DNA from: a virus
Strand: one strand, 5' to 3'
Length of the DNA: 64,000 bases
IMG/VR virus record: IMGVR_UViG_3300017971_000201
Location: 1 to 64,000 of that record
Shown: one piece after another, positions 61,540 through 64,000 of the stretch
Layout: each line of letters starts with the position of its first letter
Position numbering within the stretch: the stretch's first letter is position 1
Position numbers and translations under genes: made by a program
Notes under the pieces: model-generated
Databases searched by the model: none
Told to the model about the DNA's origin: nothing
The model's input: only the letters and a program-made list of their open reading frames with translations

Positions 61540-62142
61540 TTACGACACCGCCCAGCCGAGAACCTTGAAACGGATACCACGCGCCAGAGAGCCGGCGGCC
61601 GTGACGATTCCCAGAGCGCCTTGAGCTGGCACGATCAGAGTCTTCGTCGGGGTCTGGCCGTCTGTGAAGACCATCTCCCACTCGGGCTCTGGCGCGACCC
61701 ACGTAGCTGTACCCTGAAAGCAGATGACCTTGGTGCCATCCGGGATACCAGGCGCCGCGATCATGTACTCCAACTCCGTGCCCGGCGGTCTCGAGAGCAC
61801 CTGGTCGGCCTCGATCGGCTCGCCGTTGATGTAGTGCGTCGTCATCGGCTTGTCGACCAGCTCGCCGTCCACCACCATGCTCGCGCCGTAGACCACGCTA
61901 ACGTGGCTGTCGCACTGTCCCATCTCCGGCGGGCACGGACAGTCGTAGAGAACGTAGCCGACGATGTCTGGCCGACTAACGGCACGGCTCTTCCGCAGCG
62001 ACGTGGAGAGGCTGTTCTTGCAGTCTGGGTTGGAGAGACCGGGGCAACCTGGCGAGCAGTCACAGATCGGCCAGCCGCCAGGATTGTAAGTCTCCATGGA
62101 AGTCAGAGCACCGTCCGACAGGTATCCGAAGAAGTGCCTCAT
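61540..62142 (-). CDS. Cys-rich putative virion protein
   Basis: Coupled to the fiber gene. Confidence 0.5.
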   Translation of the reverse strand: MRHFFGYLSDGALTSMETYNPGGWPICDCSPGCPGLSNPDCKNSLSTSLRKSRAVSRPDIVGYVLYDCPCPPEMGQCDSHVSVVYGASMVVDGELVDKPMTTHYINGEPIEADQVLSRPPGTELEYMIAAPGIPDGTKVICFQGTATWVAPEPEWEMVFTDGQTPTKTLIVPAQGALGIVTAAGSLARGIRFKVLGWAVS

Positions 62143-63983
62143 TCGCAGGCCCCCAACCACAGTTTGAAGTAGAGATTGCTGGCGGAGCCGATCAGCTGCC
62201 CGTCGATCCTGCCAGTACTAGATCCGACGCCGCTGAGATGGTCGATCCTGATCTCCCTACCGGGCTGCATTCCGCGTAGCCCCGCCAAACCGCCCCATAC
62301 GTGACGGATGGTGGAGATCGCCGGGGACACGAGACTGAAGTCGACCGTGTAGGACTTGGAGATCGTAGGCCCGGGGCCGACCCAGACGGAGTCCTTCTCG
62401 AATTCGTTGCAGGCTGTGAACCCGAGCCCGGCGTCCCCCTTCGGCCCGGTCGGGCCTGGGTTCGAGTCGGCGCCGCTCGGCCCCTTGGCGCCGAGCACAG
62501 AGACCTCGGCCACGCCCAGACCAGAGTCCGACGCCCCTCCGTAGACGAAGTTGAGCGTATGGAAGTCGTTACCGATCGATGTCCCATTGTTCTCCACCGA
62601 ACGGAGGGACCCGACCTTGCCGCCTGGAGCTGCGAGCAGCGCCTTGCCGGGGGTAGTCTCGGTCGCATCAGGGACAGGTGGCAGCTCGCCATTTCGCTTG
62701 AGGAACAGCCACCCATCGAAGATCGACTTGTCGGCGCGATAGAAGGCCGGAAAGAGGAACCTGATCGTACTATCGGCTGGCATCGAGTAGGCGCCGCCGG
62801 CGACCGTGAAGAAGGCCAGATTGAACCGGCGGTAGGGCGGATTGAGGACCGGAACAGCCGGCCCGCCCGGCGTGCCCCCCTGAAAGGCGGCCCCCAGGGT
62901 AGCGTTGTTCGCGTCGGCGATCTCAGCGACCTCGTACCATCTGTCGTCACCAGGCGGGCTCGTCGCCTTCACCAGGTCGCCCTCCTGGATGGAGGCGAAT
63001 GGGCTCCCAGTACCATCGACGGTCGTCGTGCCGTTGTAGAAGTTGATCGTGCCGGAGACGGCCCCAGAGGAGAACGAGAGCTTTCCGTACACCGGCTCTT
63101 GGGTAGTCGGGCTAACGACCCGCTGTCCGGTCGCGCCGTCCACGACGAAGCACAGGTTCCGTAGTGTGTCGGTGGGATCGGTGAGCGCCCCCTCGACCGA
63201 CTCCGTCCCTCCGGGCTCGATGTCGAGCAGCGGCGCCAGCTCGCGATTCGTGGCTGCGAACGAGCCGGACACGTTCGTCGAGGTCCCGACCACGCCGGCC
63301 ACGAGATTCCCGACAATGAGACTGAGCCGGTAGCCGAGCCGGTCGGCCATCGACGAGCCGATCAGGTCAGCCTCGATACGATCGGCCAGGCTCGCGTGGG
63401 GCGCGGGCGTCGTGTGTGTCGACAGCCGCGCATCCGTCACCTCGGCCCTCGTCGAGTTGCCGATCTCCAGGTCGGTGATCGCATCATCAGGCATGAACCC
63501 GGCCACCTGGCCTTCGAAGGCGATCGGAGGTTGGCGCGTGTCCGGGAAGTCGTAGGTGACCACGAGGTCGTCGCCGACCTTGTCCACCTTGCAGATCAGA
63601 ACCTCTTGCGGGCCGGAGGCGGTTGTAGATCTCGTCAGGATCTTGGCCTGAGTCGCGATCTTGTCCCGATAATCCGCTCGGGCGATCACGTAGACCGGGA
63701 ACGCGGTGTGGCCGTTGAAGTTCAGGTCCACGTCAGCTGCCGTGAACAGGTCGACGTTCATCTTCCTGGTTTGAGAGCCGACCGACAGCTTGGAGAAGTT
63801 GTGATTCGGGTCGACCGCCAGCACCAGGATGTCGGACCCGGGCGTCGTCTGGGGGATGAATCCCAGGTACACGCCGCGCGGCAGGGCGAGAGCGCGAGCA
63901 TTGACTGCCTCGCCGACGAGCGGCTCCTGGAAGCGAGCCTTCACGAACTCTTCGGTAAAGGCGTATGTCGGGAAGCTCGTCAT
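62139..63983 (-). CDS. Tail fiber/baseplate protein with short collagen-like segment
   Basis: GAKGPSGAD..PGPTGPKGD; TTTVDGTG. Confidence 0.65.
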   Translation of the reverse strand: MTSFPTYAFTEEFVKARFQEPLVGEAVNARALALPRGVYLGFIPQTTPGSDILVLAVDPNHNFSKLSVGSQTRKMNVDLFTAADVDLNFNGHTAFPVYVIARADYRDKIATQAKILTRSTTASGPQEVLICKVDKVGDDLVVTYDFPDTRQPPIAFEGQVAGFMPDDAITDLEIGNSTRAEVTDARLSTHTTPAPHASLADRIEADLIGSSMADRLGYRLSLIVGNLVAGVVGTSTNVSGSFAATNRELAPLLDIEPGGTESVEGALTDPTDTLRNLCFVVDGATGQRVVSPTTQEPVYGKLSFSSGAVSGTINFYNGTTTVDGTGSPFASIQEGDLVKATSPPGDDRWYEVAEIADANNATLGAAFQGGTPGGPAVPVLNPPYRRFNLAFFTVAGGAYSMPADSTIRFLFPAFYRADKSIFDGWLFLKRNGELPPVPDATETTPGKALLAAPGGKVGSLRSVENNGTSIGNDFHTLNFVYGGASDSGLGVAEVSVLGAKGPSGADSNPGPTGPKGDAGLGFTACNEFEKDSVWVGPGPTISKSYTVDFSLVSPAISTIRHVWGGLAGLRGMQPGREIRIDHLSGVGSSTGRIDGQLIGSASNLYFKLWLGACE

Positions 63984-64000
63984 TACGCACCAGCCGAGGA

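Overview
GC-rich 64-kb segment of a large tailed phage genome (host not determinable; the tRNA-array style suggests Planctomycetota, but that is only inference). Left (1-9.2 kb, minus strand): CobT/CobS-like pair, primase, intein-containing DnaB helicase, DnaC-like loader, beta clamp and a replication initiator with internal iteron-like repeats. 9-19 kb: small accessory ORFs, a degenerate second DnaB domain, GroES, a HAD nucleotidase and a Ro60/TROVE (Rsr) gene. 19-30 kb (plus strand): an array of about 45 tRNA/tRNA-like genes plus tmRNA, six Y-RNA-like genes and several endonuclease ORFs. 30-48 kb: radical SAM, MoxR/VWA pair, thymidine kinase, intein-containing deoxynucleoside kinase, a DNA methyltransferase with an overprinted HNH gene, metallophosphoesterase and ADP-ribosylglycohydrolase. 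48-64 kb (minus strand): virion/tail module with a patatin gene. Most notable: (1) resident tRNA genes split at the anticodon by cassettes carrying an endonuclease plus a divergent replacement tRNA for the same amino acid, with an analogous event at the tmRNA 3' end; (2) Ro60 with six Y-RNA-like genes of several architectures; (3) a shared 'SAVDRLAAL' peptide in more than a dozen unrelated proteins; (4) array-wide A18/G55 co-variation of the tRNA elbow. All calls were read by eye; RNA boundaries may be off by 1-2 nt and several start codons were moved from the ORF track.
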